Source of the DNA: an uncultured Gammaproteobacteria bacterium
Lineage (GTDB): Bacteria > Patescibacteriota > Microgenomatia > UBA12405
Length of the DNA stretch: 48,026 nucleotides
Assembly: GCA_964432085.1 (NCBI GenBank)
Contig: CAYSME010000001.1
Span: 1-48,026, forward strand
Direction: 5' to 3'
A program made the translations under genes and the position numbers. Position 1 is the stretch's first letter, and each line of letters starts with the position of its first letter. Below are positions 17,774 to 27,974 of the stretch, one piece after another. The notes under the pieces are model-generated. The model did no database searches. It had not been told where the DNA came from and saw only the letters and a program-made list of their open reading frames with translations.

Positions 17774-18852
17774 TTCAGCCAAAAATTGCCTTGTTTTACG
17801 ATTGGTTAAACCAATGGGGCGGCGCTGAAAAAGTTCTACTCGACTTAATCAAACTTTATCCCAACGCACCAATCTACACTTTGGTTTACGACCCTAAAAA
17901 AACTAAATGGCTTCCCAACAATACTAAAATTATAACTTCATTCATAAATAAAATTCCCTTTTTCAAAAAAAATTCTATTTTTCAAACTCCATTTTATCCT
18001 CTAGCCGTAAAACAATTTGATTTTTCCAAATATGATATTGTCATTTCCACCACTCAAATTATCGGTCACGGTTTAAATGTTCCCCAAAAAACAAAATTTA
18101 TATGCTATTTTCACAACATTAATCGTTATGTCTATCAAACCCCATCCCAGTTTAAAATTTTAAAGCCACTCTTAAATCTGTACCAAAAATTAGATTTTAT
18201 TTATGGCCAAAAACCAGACTATTTATTTTGCAACTCTAAAACAGTTCAAAAAAGAATTATTAACGCTTATCACCGGCCTTCTAAGATAATCCATCCGGGT
18301 ATTGATACCTCCTTTTTTATTCCCACAAAAACCAAACCTAAAGAAAAATATTTTTTAATTGTTTCTCGACTTGTTTCTCATAAAAAAATCGACATTGCCA
18401 TCAAAGCTTGCCATAAGTTAAATCAAAAATTATATATCGTCGGCACCGGCCGAGACAAAAATAAATTAACTAATCTGGTTAATTCTCTTAATAACTCAAA
18501 TATAAAATTTTTTGACCAAGTTGATGATAATAAATTATTAAATCTCTACCAAAACTGCCAAGCTTTAATTTGTCCCCAATTGGAAGATTTTGGCTTAACT
18601 CCAATTGAGGCTCAAGCTTGTGGTAAACCGGTTATTGCCTATAATAGGGGAGGTTTAACCGAAACTGTTATTAATGGTAAGACCGGCATCTTTTTTAAAA
18701 AACAAACAGTAAAAAGTTTAATCTCTGCTATTAAGAAATTTAATCCAAACAATTTTTCAAAAAACATCTGCCAAAAGAATGCTCAAAAATTTTCAAATAT
18801 TAATTTTATGTTAAACTTTAAAAAAGAAATAGATCTCTTATGTCATCAATAA
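17770..18852 (+). CDS. glycosyltransferase family 4
   Basis: PQLEDFGLTPIEAQACGKPVIAYNRGGLTETVINGKTGIFF. ATGA overlap with the upstream gene. Confidence 0.85.
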   Translation: MIQPKIALFYDWLNQWGGAEKVLLDLIKLYPNAPIYTLVYDPKKTKWLPNNTKIITSFINKIPFFKKNSIFQTPFYPLAVKQFDFSKYDIVISTTQIIGHGLNVPQKTKFICYFHNINRYVYQTPSQFKILKPLLNLYQKLDFIYGQKPDYLFCNSKTVQKRIINAYHRPSKIIHPGIDTSFFIPTKTKPKEKYFLIVSRLVSHKKIDIAIKACHKLNQKLYIVGTGRDKNKLTNLVNSLNNSNIKFFDQVDDNKLLNLYQNCQALICPQLEDFGLTPIEAQACGKPVIAYNRGGLTETVINGKTGIFFKKQTVKSLISAIKKFNPNNFSKNICQKNAQKFSNINFMLNFKKEIDLLCHQ

Positions 18853-19925
18853 ATCATTATATTTTCATTCTTTGCGGCGGAACAGGACCTCGTCTTTGGC
18901 CCTTATCCAGAAGAAGTAATCCCAAACAATTTCTTTCACTTTTCGATAAAAAATCAATTTTAGAACAAACCATCCAAAGATCTCAACGAATCACTGACAC
19001 TAAAAATATTTACATTGTTTCCAATGAAATTTATAAAGACAAAATCATTAAAATTGCTCAAGACTTTAAATTAACTAAAAACATAATTATCGAACCAGAG
19101 AAAAAAAATACTGCCATGGCTATTCTTTATGCCACCATTAAAATTAAACAAATTGATCCCAACGCCATTATCAGTACTTTTCCTTCAGACCATTACATTA
19201 AAAACATTGTTCAATTAAAACAAACTCTCAATAAAGCCACCACCGTGGCTAATTTAACTGACTCTATTGTTACCATAGGAATAAAACCAACTAATCCACA
19301 AACTTCATTTGGTTATATCCAACCAGACAAAAAAACCGACGATTATTATACCGTTCACAAGTTTATTGAAAAACCTAATTCTAAAAAAGCTCAAAAACTA
19401 ATCGATAATAATGCTTTTTGGAACTCTGGTATCTATACCTTCTCTATTTCAACCTTAATTTCTGAATTTGAAAAATTGCAACCAGAATATTTCAAAATAG
19501 CCATAGATTTAGAAAAAAATTTAGATTATCCCAAAAAAATAATTCAAACTTATAAAAATGCTCCAAATCTATCCATTGATAGAGCCATCTCCGAAAAAAC
19601 ATCTAATATGGCCATGATTCCTGCTACTTTTGACTGGAGCGATATTGGAGAGTGGAAATCAATCTACTACAACTTATCTAAAAAAAATGATGATATTGTT
19701 TCTTTAAATAAAGCAGAATATGTTCAAGTGAATTCTAAAAAGTGTCTGATTCACACTTCCAAAAATAAGTTAATCGGTTTAGTTGGTGTTAATAATTTAG
19801 CCATAATCGATACTCCCGACTGTTTACTCATCTGTAACATAGCCCACAACGACAGTTATCATGTTAAAGATATCGTCTCTCAAATTGTCAAAAAAGAAAA
19901 ATTAAAAAAATATTTCTTAGATTAA
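18840..19925 (+). CDS. sugar-1-phosphate nucleotidyltransferase (mannose-1-phosphate guanylyltransferase-like, no cupin/PMI domain)
   Basis: N-terminal ILCGGTGPRLWPLSRRSNPKQFL, then FPSDHYI, and DWSDIGEW near the C-terminus. Confidence 0.75.
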   Translation: MSSINHYIFILCGGTGPRLWPLSRRSNPKQFLSLFDKKSILEQTIQRSQRITDTKNIYIVSNEIYKDKIIKIAQDFKLTKNIIIEPEKKNTAMAILYATIKIKQIDPNAIISTFPSDHYIKNIVQLKQTLNKATTVANLTDSIVTIGIKPTNPQTSFGYIQPDKKTDDYYTVHKFIEKPNSKKAQKLIDNNAFWNSGIYTFSISTLISEFEKLQPEYFKIAIDLEKNLDYPKKIIQTYKNAPNLSIDRAISEKTSNMAMIPATFDWSDIGEWKSIYYNLSKKNDDIVSLNKAEYVQVNSKKCLIHTSKNKLIGLVGVNNLAIIDTPDCLLICNIAHNDSYHVKDIVSQIVKKEKLKKYFLD

Positions 19926-19926
19926 A

Positions 19927-20565
19927 ATGAAAAAAAAATTATTTGCTATTTTTAAAAGAGCTATAGATATTATTGGGTCATTATTTCTTCTAATTCTATT
20001 TTCTCCCATCATATTAATTACCATGGTTCTAATCAAAATAACTTCACCCGGCCCTATTTTTTTTAAACAAAAAAGAGTTGGTAAAAATAGTTGCCAATTT
20101 TGGATGTATAAATTTCGTTCTATGTACACTGGCGATAATGATAAACGTTTAAAAGAAAATTATCCAGAACTTTGGAAAAAATATAAAAATGATGGCTGGA
20201 AATTGCCCATGAATGAAGATCCTCGTATTACTCCGATCGGTAAGAAAATTAGATCATTAACCATCGATGAGTTCCCACAACTTATAAATGTTTTAAAAGG
20301 AGATATGAGCTTGGTTGGCCCCAGAGCCTATCGAGAAGAAGAGCTTCAAGAACAAGAAGAAAAATATCCTAAAACTAAAAAATACATCAAAATTATTCGA
20401 TCAGCTAAACCTGGAATCACTGGTGTTTGGCAAACTTCAGGACGAAATGATATCTCATTTGAACAACGTGCCAAAATGGATGCTGAATATATTCAAAAAC
20501 AATCTTTCTTTGAAGAGATTTTAATCTTGCTTAAAACTCCAGCCTCCATGTTGTCTCGCTGGTAA
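19927..20565 (+). CDS. small (PglC/WbaP-C-like) undecaprenyl-phosphate sugar phosphotransferase
   Basis: KRAIDIIGSLFLLILFSPI, KFRSM, DEFPQLINVLKGDMSLVGPRA and PGITGVWQTSGRN. Confidence 0.85.
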   Translation: MKKKLFAIFKRAIDIIGSLFLLILFSPIILITMVLIKITSPGPIFFKQKRVGKNSCQFWMYKFRSMYTGDNDKRLKENYPELWKKYKNDGWKLPMNEDPRITPIGKKIRSLTIDEFPQLINVLKGDMSLVGPRAYREEELQEQEEKYPKTKKYIKIIRSAKPGITGVWQTSGRNDISFEQRAKMDAEYIQKQSFFEEILILLKTPASMLSRW

Positions 20566-20585
20566 ATTTTGTGTAAACTGTTAGT

Positions 20586-22568
20586 ATGCTTGCCAAAAAA
20601 CCAAATCAACCAGTATCCACACCAGTCGTACCAATAAGTCCTACCGTTACTCCCTTAAGTACTCCTCAAAAAACAAACCTGAAAAAAAAGAAGATTTCAA
20701 AAACTATCCTATCAATCATTTCTGTCATTCTCATCATAATATCCGTCATTGCAGTTCTTGGATTCTTTTTCATTTTTCTTCCCGGAAAAAAATTATATAC
20801 TCAAATTTTAAAACTAAAGGAATCCGTCCCTATAATTCAACAGGCAATTAGTGATAAAGATTTAGATAAAGTAAAGGAATCAATAAATACTATTAAAAAT
20901 CAAGCCTCTTCTGTAGAAAAAAATTATAATAAATTTGTCTGGACTAAAAGTTTACCAGTAATAGGAAATTATTATAAGGATGGACAACAAGTTTTAGTTA
21001 TTGCTAAAGAAGGTATTGAAACCAGCGAAATCCTCATCACTGCCATTGAACCATATAAAGATTTTTTAGGAGTTAAAGGTAGTGCCACTAACAGTGAACA
21101 AACTACTGAAGATCGTATCACTTTTTTAACCGAATCTATTGAAGGATTAACCCCATATTTAGACCAAATCGAAAATAAAATAGCTGTTATCCAAGAGGCC
21201 GCTAATAAAATCGATGCTTCTCGTTATCCCGAAAATTTTAAAAATTATCAAATCAAATCCAATATAACCAAACTTCAAGAAACTATAGATGAAGTTTATA
21301 AATTAGTTAAAGATGGTAAGCCAATTATTGGAAAAATTTCTTGGCTTTTAGGTAAAGACAATCCCAGAAAATACTTAATAGTTTTTCAAAATGATGGTGA
21401 ATTAAGACCCAGTGGCGGGTTTTGGACTGCTTACAGTACACTAACAGTTAAAGATGGAAAAGTTACTCCGGGCACAGCCAGTAATATTTATGATCTTGAC
21501 GATAAATTAAACAGTAAAGTTGCTGCTCCTAGATTAATTAAGTCATATCACATAAATGTACCCTATCTTACCCTTCGAGACAGTAATCTTTCACCAGATT
21601 TTCCCACAGATGCCCAAATATTTTTAGAACAATATACTAAAGCCATGGGCAATAAAGACAAATTCGATGCCGTAATTGCTATTGATACTAATTTATTAGT
21701 TGATATGGTTAAAATTTTAGGAAAACTAGACACCAGGGTAGGCACTTTCACCACTGAACCGGACAAAAGATGCAATGGTTGTCCGTCAATAATTTACGAA
21801 CTGGAATGGATTTCCGGACGGCCTAGAAACTATATTGAAAAAAATCGAAAAGATTTCTTAAATCCATTAATGTCCTCATTATTAGCTAATTTAATGGGTT
21901 CAGAAAAATCAAAAGTAGGTTCCATAATTGAAACTGGTTTAAAAAATATTAACGAAAAACATGTTATGTTCTATTTTCCGGACGAAGAAATGCAAAATAT
22001 TGGAAATTTAGCCAATATTACCGGAAAAATAATCGATGTTGATAAAAGTGTCGATTATATTCACTTAAACGACGCTAATTTTGCCAGTGCTAAAAGTAAT
22101 ATTTTCATTACCCAAAAAATAAAACACGATATTTCCATCAAAGATGGAATCGCTACTCATAAAATTTCAGTTACTTACAACAATCCGGCTCCGGCTTCCA
22201 ACTGTAATTTAGAAAAAGGGGATTTATGTTTAAATGCCGCTCAATATCGTGATTTATTTAGATTCTATGTTCCCATTGGATCCAAACTTATTAAAATGAC
22301 CGGCTCTGAAGTTGAAGTTGAACCATATGAAGAATTAAATAAATTAGTTTTTGAAGGATTCTATGGTAATAAATATGCTTTAAATGCCAATTCCAATCTT
22401 AAAACTTCAATCGAATACACTTCAGGTGCCACAATTGGATCAGTTTACTCTCTAGTACTTCAAAAACAACCAGGGACTAAACCTATTGAATATGAACTAA
22501 CCATTAATGGTGAAGAACAGTCAACTTTTCAATGGTCTGCCGACAAAACCATTAAATTTTCTCTTTAA
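20586..22568 (+). CDS. DUF4012-like membrane-anchored extracytoplasmic protein
   Basis: N-terminal Pro/Thr-rich segment plus a single TM helix. The FQNDGELRPSGGFWTAYS motif resembles the DUF4012 core. It sits next to the priming transferase, as is common for this family. Confidence 0.6.
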   Translation: MLAKKPNQPVSTPVVPISPTVTPLSTPQKTNLKKKKISKTILSIISVILIIISVIAVLGFFFIFLPGKKLYTQILKLKESVPIIQQAISDKDLDKVKESINTIKNQASSVEKNYNKFVWTKSLPVIGNYYKDGQQVLVIAKEGIETSEILITAIEPYKDFLGVKGSATNSEQTTEDRITFLTESIEGLTPYLDQIENKIAVIQEAANKIDASRYPENFKNYQIKSNITKLQETIDEVYKLVKDGKPIIGKISWLLGKDNPRKYLIVFQNDGELRPSGGFWTAYSTLTVKDGKVTPGTASNIYDLDDKLNSKVAAPRLIKSYHINVPYLTLRDSNLSPDFPTDAQIFLEQYTKAMGNKDKFDAVIAIDTNLLVDMVKILGKLDTRVGTFTTEPDKRCNGCPSIIYELEWISGRPRNYIEKNRKDFLNPLMSSLLANLMGSEKSKVGSIIETGLKNINEKHVMFYFPDEEMQNIGNLANITGKIIDVDKSVDYIHLNDANFASAKSNIFITQKIKHDISIKDGIATHKISVTYNNPAPASNCNLEKGDLCLNAAQYRDLFRFYVPIGSKLIKMTGSEVEVEPYEELNKLVFEGFYGNKYALNANSNLKTSIEYTSGATIGSVYSLVLQKQPGTKPIEYELTINGEEQSTFQWSADKTIKFSL

Positions 22569-23128
22569 TGGATAAATATCAAAACACTATTGGTATTGTT
22601 ATTAATAAAAAAACAATAAAAGAGACCGATTTATTAATAACTCTTTTAACCCGTCAACACGGAAAAATAACCGCCCTAGCCAAAGGTGCCAAAAACATTA
22701 AAAGCAGTCGTTTAAGTTCTCTTCAGCTTGGAAACATTATAAAAGTTCAACTCTATAAAAAGAATGATTTTCTTTGGATTTCAGAGGCTAAAACTATCAC
22801 CCCATTTTTACAGAGTGAAAAAAAACTTACTCAAATAAATCTGTTATTTTATTTCCTAGAAATTCTAAACCGTCTTATAGCTGAAAATCAGCAAATCGAA
22901 AATATTTACCAAATTTCCCAAGAAATTATCGACGCTATTAATCAAAACCAATTAAACCGATACATTAAAAATGAAATTTTATTTTTAGAAACTCTCGGAT
23001 TTGGTGTTCCAGACGAAATTAATCAATATTTTGAAAAAAAAGACTACAAAACCACTCAACAACTAATCAAAGGTTTTTTCGAATCCATTATTGAAAAGCC
23101 ATTAGAGAGCAATAAACTTTTTAAGTAA
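22568..23128 (+). CDS. recO: DNA repair protein RecO (short form)
   Basis: N-terminal OB-fold pattern GIVINKKTIKETDLLITLLTRQHGKITALAKGAKNIKS; 186 aa. Confidence 0.65.
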   Translation: MDKYQNTIGIVINKKTIKETDLLITLLTRQHGKITALAKGAKNIKSSRLSSLQLGNIIKVQLYKKNDFLWISEAKTITPFLQSEKKLTQINLLFYFLEILNRLIAENQQIENIYQISQEIIDAINQNQLNRYIKNEILFLETLGFGVPDEINQYFEKKDYKTTQQLIKGFFESIIEKPLESNKLFK

Positions 23129-23136
23129 TCTCAGGT

Positions 23137-23142
23137 TATAAT
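23137..23142 (+). promoter_or_regulatory. -10 box TATAAT, 5 nt upstream of the glyQS ATG
   Basis: ggtTATAATattgcATG. No SD and no convincing -35. Confidence 0.3.
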
Positions 23143-23147
23143 ATTGC

Positions 23148-24470
23148 ATGGCCGAAAATAATCAAAACGAAACAGTTAGCAAAATCGTTAGTCTTTGCAA
23201 AAGACGCGGAATAATCTTTCAAAACTCAGAAATCTACGGTGGAGTCCAAGGATTTTATGACTATGGTCCAATTGGATCATTAATGAAAATGAATTGGAAA
23301 AATCTTTGGTTAAAAGATAATGTCACTAAACGTCGTGATATTGTCAATATTGATGGTTCCATAATAACTCATCCAAAAGTTTGGGAAGCATCCGGTCATG
23401 TCAAAAATTTTGCCGATGTTATGGTTGAATGTAAAAAATGTCATAAAAGGTTTCGCCCAGATTTATTAGACGATCCTTCAAAATGTCCCGAATGTGGCGG
23501 TCAATTTACTGAAGGTCGAAAATACAATATTTTATTTGAAACCGAAATTGGTGTTATCGAAGGTGAAAAACAACATGCTTACCTAAGAGGGGAAGCCTGT
23601 CAAACTATTTATCTCGATTTTAAAAACATTGTTGATTCCTGTCGAGTTAAAATCCCGTTTGGTATTGCCCAAATCGGAAAAGCCTTCCGAAACGAAATCA
23701 CTCCCAAAAATTTCTTATATCGTACCCGTGAATTTGAACAATGGGATATTCAATATTTTGTTCATCCAACTGAAATGGATAAATGGTACGAATATTGGAA
23801 AGAAAATCGAATGAATTGGTACAAAAAAATATTTAATAATCCGAAAAATTTAAGATTTCGCCAACACGAAAAAGATGAATTAGCTTTTTATGCCAAAAAA
23901 GCTTTTGATATTGAATATAATGCCCCTTGGGGCTGGTCTGAAATGGAAGGAATCCATTGGCGCTCTGATTATGATTTAACTCAACATTCAAAATTTAGTG
24001 GTCAAGATCTAACTTACTCAGATCCCGTTACCCACGAAAAATATCTACCTCACATCACCGAATGTTCAGGTGGTGTTGATCGCAGTTTCTTTTTTATGCT
24101 TCTTGATGCTTATGTCGAAGAAAAAACTGAATCAGGTGATATTAGAACCGTTTTAAAAATTAAACCCCAAATTTCTGCCTATAAAATGGCTGTTCTTCCA
24201 CTTGCTGCTAATAAACCAGAATTAATTAAAAAAGCCGAAGATATTTTTGAAAAATTAAATGAAAAATATTCTATCGATTATGATGACTCCAGCAATATTG
24301 GTAAAAAATATCGCCGCCAAGGCGAAATTGGAACTCCTTGGTGTTTAGTCGTTGATTATCAAACTCTCGAAGATAATACTGTTTCAATTCGCGACCGAGA
24401 TACCATGGAACAAATCCGCATTAAATCTGATGAAGTTGACAATTGGTTGGGAAAACAGTTAAATAAATAA
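23148..24470 (+). CDS. glyQS: glycine--tRNA ligase (homodimeric class II type)
   Basis: IYGGVQGFYDYGPIG, a CxxC...CxxC insert, motif 2 FRNEITPKNFLYRTREFEQ, and GGVDRSFF. Confidence 0.92.
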   Translation: MAENNQNETVSKIVSLCKRRGIIFQNSEIYGGVQGFYDYGPIGSLMKMNWKNLWLKDNVTKRRDIVNIDGSIITHPKVWEASGHVKNFADVMVECKKCHKRFRPDLLDDPSKCPECGGQFTEGRKYNILFETEIGVIEGEKQHAYLRGEACQTIYLDFKNIVDSCRVKIPFGIAQIGKAFRNEITPKNFLYRTREFEQWDIQYFVHPTEMDKWYEYWKENRMNWYKKIFNNPKNLRFRQHEKDELAFYAKKAFDIEYNAPWGWSEMEGIHWRSDYDLTQHSKFSGQDLTYSDPVTHEKYLPHITECSGGVDRSFFFMLLDAYVEEKTESGDIRTVLKIKPQISAYKMAVLPLAANKPELIKKAEDIFEKLNEKYSIDYDDSSNIGKKYRRQGEIGTPWCLVVDYQTLEDNTVSIRDRDTMEQIRIKSDEVDNWLGKQLNK

Positions 24471-24471
24471 T

Positions 24472-25182
24472 ATGAAAAAAATAACCAAAACTTTAAGTTT
24501 AGTAGCAATTATTATTGCATCATCTTTTTTATTATCAGCCTGTGGAAAGAAAACTACCACCGATAACACTAATACTACAAAAACCACCACTAAATCCAAG
24601 CAAATTGAATTTACATCTGAAGAAAAACCCACCATTAGTCTCACTCCAAGTGCCGATGGACACACTTTAGCTCTCAAAGTTAATGGTATCCCCACCAAAT
24701 TTAGCACCGTTGATTATGAATTAATCTACACTGCAAAAGATGAAAATATCGAAATTGAAAAAGGGGTCAGTGGCACTATTAAGCTCACTGGTGCTAACTT
24801 TGAAAAAAATGATCTTTTGCTCGGCACCGCCAGTTGTACTAACGGATGTAAATATAAATATGATGAAGGTGTTAATGGTGGAACTTTAACTTTAACTTTC
24901 ACTACTGATAATAAAGAATATGTTAGTTTTGAAACTCCTTTCGTTTTAATCAATGGTGCCAGTATTAATAAAGATAAAAAAATAAGTATTCTTCAAGAAA
25001 ACTTCACTGTTAATGGCACTGTTAATTCCAAATCTGACTTTTTTATTGCTATTAAAAATAGCAAATCAGGTTATTCCATTTTTTCTAATGGAAATGGTAA
25101 AGGTAAAATCACCTCAATTGAACCTTCCGCTATCACTAAAACCGACTTGACCTCCTTAGTTGGTGATTACACCTCTCAATAA
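24472..25182 (+). CDS. lipoprotein, unknown function
   Basis: Signal peptide ending in lipobox LLSAC, followed by a Thr-rich linker and a beta-rich body. Confidence 0.6.
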   Translation: MKKITKTLSLVAIIIASSFLLSACGKKTTTDNTNTTKTTTKSKQIEFTSEEKPTISLTPSADGHTLALKVNGIPTKFSTVDYELIYTAKDENIEIEKGVSGTIKLTGANFEKNDLLLGTASCTNGCKYKYDEGVNGGTLTLTFTTDNKEYVSFETPFVLINGASINKDKKISILQENFTVNGTVNSKSDFFIAIKNSKSGYSIFSNGNGKGKITSIEPSAITKTDLTSLVGDYTSQ

Positions 25183-26048
25183 TGGATTTCCACATTCCTG
25201 TTCTATTAAACGAAACTATTGAACTTCTTAATGTTCAAAAAAATAAAATTTATATAGATTGCACGCTAGGACACGGTGGTCACACCCTAGAAATCCTCAA
25301 AAGAGGTGGCATTGTTTATGGTATTGATCAAGACCCTAAAAATTTAGAAATTGCCACAAATAGAATTAAAGAAGCTGGTTTTGAAAAAAAATTTTTTCCA
25401 ATTCATAACAATTTTAATCAACTAGAAAAAATAGTTAAAAAAGATATTCATCAAAAAATCGATGGTCTAATAATCGATTTAGGTTTAAGTCAAAACCAAC
25501 AAACAGGACAAAATAGGGGATTTTCATTTAATGATGAAACCTCCCTCGATATGCGACTTGATCCAAAAAATCAAGAATTAACCGCCGAAAATATCATCAA
25601 TACCTATGATTATGATGAACTTTTTGAAATCTTTAGTAAGTATGCTCAAGAAATTTACAGTAAACCACTAGTTCTAAAAATAATTCGTGAACGCCAAAAA
25701 TCACCCATAAAAACAGCCACAAGATTGGCAAATATTATTAGAGACTATTACAAAGATCACCATCTAAAATCAAAAATTGACCCCAGCACCAAAATTTTTA
25801 TGAGTTTACGAATTGCCGTTAATAATGAGCTTGAAAATCTCAAATCAATCCTAAATCAAAGTTTAAATGTGGTTAAACAAAATGGTATTGTTTGTCTTAT
25901 CTCTTTTCACTCAGGAGAAGACAGAATTATTAAACAATTTATAAAAGAACATAATTTTCCATTAAAAATAAGCAAAGCTTCATTTTTAGAAACCAAAAAA
26001 AATCCTCTCTCTCGCTCAGCCACCCTAAGATCGTATAGAATAGTATAA
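25182..26048 (+). CDS. rsmH: 16S rRNA (cytosine1402-N4)-methyltransferase
   Basis: HIPVLLNETIELL, DCTLGHGGHT, DLGLSQ and SFHSGEDRIIK. First gene of the dcw cluster. Confidence 0.9.
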   Translation: MDFHIPVLLNETIELLNVQKNKIYIDCTLGHGGHTLEILKRGGIVYGIDQDPKNLEIATNRIKEAGFEKKFFPIHNNFNQLEKIVKKDIHQKIDGLIIDLGLSQNQQTGQNRGFSFNDETSLDMRLDPKNQELTAENIINTYDYDELFEIFSKYAQEIYSKPLVLKIIRERQKSPIKTATRLANIIRDYYKDHHLKSKIDPSTKIFMSLRIAVNNELENLKSILNQSLNVVKQNGIVCLISFHSGEDRIIKQFIKEHNFPLKISKASFLETKKNPLSRSATLRSYRIV

Positions 26049-26049
26049 G

Positions 26050-26307
26050 ATGTTAAATAAACCTTTTTTCTTATTTATCTTTCTTTTGATTATTATTCAA
26101 GTCGCATTCTCCTTTTTTTATTCCAGTGAAATTATTAATCAAAATAATTTAATTAATCAAAATCAAACTTCCCTTCAAACTTTAAAAATCAAAAATCAAG
26201 AATTAGAAAAAAAAATGGCTATTCTATCTTCTTTAAACACAATCGAAGCCTCAGCCAGTCAAAAAAACTATATAAATTTAAAAAAGAACTTTATTTTTCA
26301 ACCTTAA
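26050..26307 (+). CDS. ftsL: FtsL-like cell division protein
   Basis: 85 aa with one TM helix and then a coiled-coil-like segment. It occupies the canonical position between rsmH and ftsI. Confidence 0.45.
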   Translation: MLNKPFFLFIFLLIIIQVAFSFFYSSEIINQNNLINQNQTSLQTLKIKNQELEKKMAILSSLNTIEASASQKNYINLKKNFIFQP

Positions 26308-26308
26308 A

Positions 26309-27961
26309 GTGCAAAACTCAAGATCAAAAATATTATCCATCGCCTTTATTTTTTGTTTTATAATTATCTCCTGTCGATTTTTTTATTGGCAGATAATCAA
26401 AGCACCAGAGCTAAAAGAAAAAGCTAAAAGTCAAACTTACAAACTCGAAAAAATATTACCAGAACGGGGAAAAATATATTCATCCGATAATTTTCCTTTA
26501 GTTTTAAACCAAACCACATATCAACTTTCCTTTTATAAACCGAATTTTACCAAAGATTTTGATGAAATTTTAAATTTAATAGAACAGGTTTATCCCAACT
26601 TTAAATCTGAAAATTCTGAAATTATCGATAAATTTAAAAATAATTCTAGCCAAAAATGGATTACTCTTAATTCTAAATTTAACGAAGATCAAAAAAATAC
26701 ATTAAATATACCAGGAATTGAATTTCAAAAAATAGAAAAAAGATTTTATCCTGAAAATTCAATGGCTAAAAATATTCTTGGAATAATCGGTAAAAATTCC
26801 AATGGAATTCAAATTGGATATGGTGGCCTTGAAGCTTTTTATCAAAAACAATTACAAGGAAAAACTGGTTTCATTTCCGGCCCGCAAGACGCCACTGGTA
26901 AAACCATTTTAAACAAAAAAAGTTGGAGTTCTGATGCCACTAACGGTCGAGATATTTTTACCAACATAAATCGTAGTGCTCAATTTTATGTCGAAAAACT
27001 TTTACAAGAGGGCATAGATAAATTTTCAGCTGATTCAGGATCAATTACTATAATGGAGCCAAAAACCGGTGCTATTTTAGCCATGTCTTCTCTTACTGCC
27101 ACGAGTTCTGCCACTGTCAGTGGTATTCGAAATTCAGCCATCTCTGATCTTTTTGAACCAGGATCTATTTTTAAACCGCTTATTGTTTCCATGGCTCTTG
27201 ATACTGATGTTATTAACACTGATTATATTTGTACTAAATGTAATCAACCGCATATTATCGGCAAATATAGTATTAGCAACTGGGACAGTGAATTTCACCC
27301 CGATTCAAGTCTGAGAGATATTATTAAAAACTCAGATAACATTGGTATGAGTTACATCATTGGTAAACTTGGTAAAGATAATTTTTTAAATTATTATCAA
27401 AAATTGGGTCTCACTCAAAAAACTGGCATTGATCTTCAAGGCGAAGCTAAACCTACAGTCAAATCACAATGGCCAGAAATAGATCTGGCAACTGCTTCTT
27501 TTGGTCAAGGAATTGTCGTCACTCAAATTGGAATGATTCAAGCCTTTAATACCATCGCCAACAACGGTGTTTTAGTCAAACCTAAAGTTGCCAACTATTT
27601 TACAGAAGGTAATAAAATCATTAAAAACAAAAACCAAAAAGAAACACTCGTTTTTAACGCAAAAACCATAGAAGAAATAAAATCCATTTTAAAATATTCA
27701 GTTGAAAATGGCGTTACCTCTAGATTTAAACCAGTCAATTTAGAGGTTTGTGCTAAAAGTGGTACTGCTCAAGTTGCCATCGATGGCAGTTACGAAAATA
27801 ACTCCGCCACTATTGCTTCATATATTGGATTTTCTCCCTGTAACAACCCTAAATTTACCATGATTGTTACTATTAATAACCCCAAAACTTCACCCTGGGG
27901 ATCAAGCACCGCCGCTCCAATTTGGTATGAATTAGCGTCAAAATTAAATGATTTGTTATAA
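26309..27961 (+). CDS. ftsI: class B penicillin-binding protein (FtsI/PBP2-type transpeptidase)
   Basis: GTG start, N-terminal TM helix, and the SxxK (SIFK), SxN (SDN) and KSG (KSGT) motifs. Confidence 0.85.
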   Translation: MQNSRSKILSIAFIFCFIIISCRFFYWQIIKAPELKEKAKSQTYKLEKILPERGKIYSSDNFPLVLNQTTYQLSFYKPNFTKDFDEILNLIEQVYPNFKSENSEIIDKFKNNSSQKWITLNSKFNEDQKNTLNIPGIEFQKIEKRFYPENSMAKNILGIIGKNSNGIQIGYGGLEAFYQKQLQGKTGFISGPQDATGKTILNKKSWSSDATNGRDIFTNINRSAQFYVEKLLQEGIDKFSADSGSITIMEPKTGAILAMSSLTATSSATVSGIRNSAISDLFEPGSIFKPLIVSMALDTDVINTDYICTKCNQPHIIGKYSISNWDSEFHPDSSLRDIIKNSDNIGMSYIIGKLGKDNFLNYYQKLGLTQKTGIDLQGEAKPTVKSQWPEIDLATASFGQGIVVTQIGMIQAFNTIANNGVLVKPKVANYFTEGNKIIKNKNQKETLVFNAKTIEEIKSILKYSVENGVTSRFKPVNLEVCAKSGTAQVAIDGSYENNSATIASYIGFSPCNNPKFTMIVTINNPKTSPWGSSTAAPIWYELASKLNDLL

Positions 27962-27974
27962 TTAAATACTTTCA

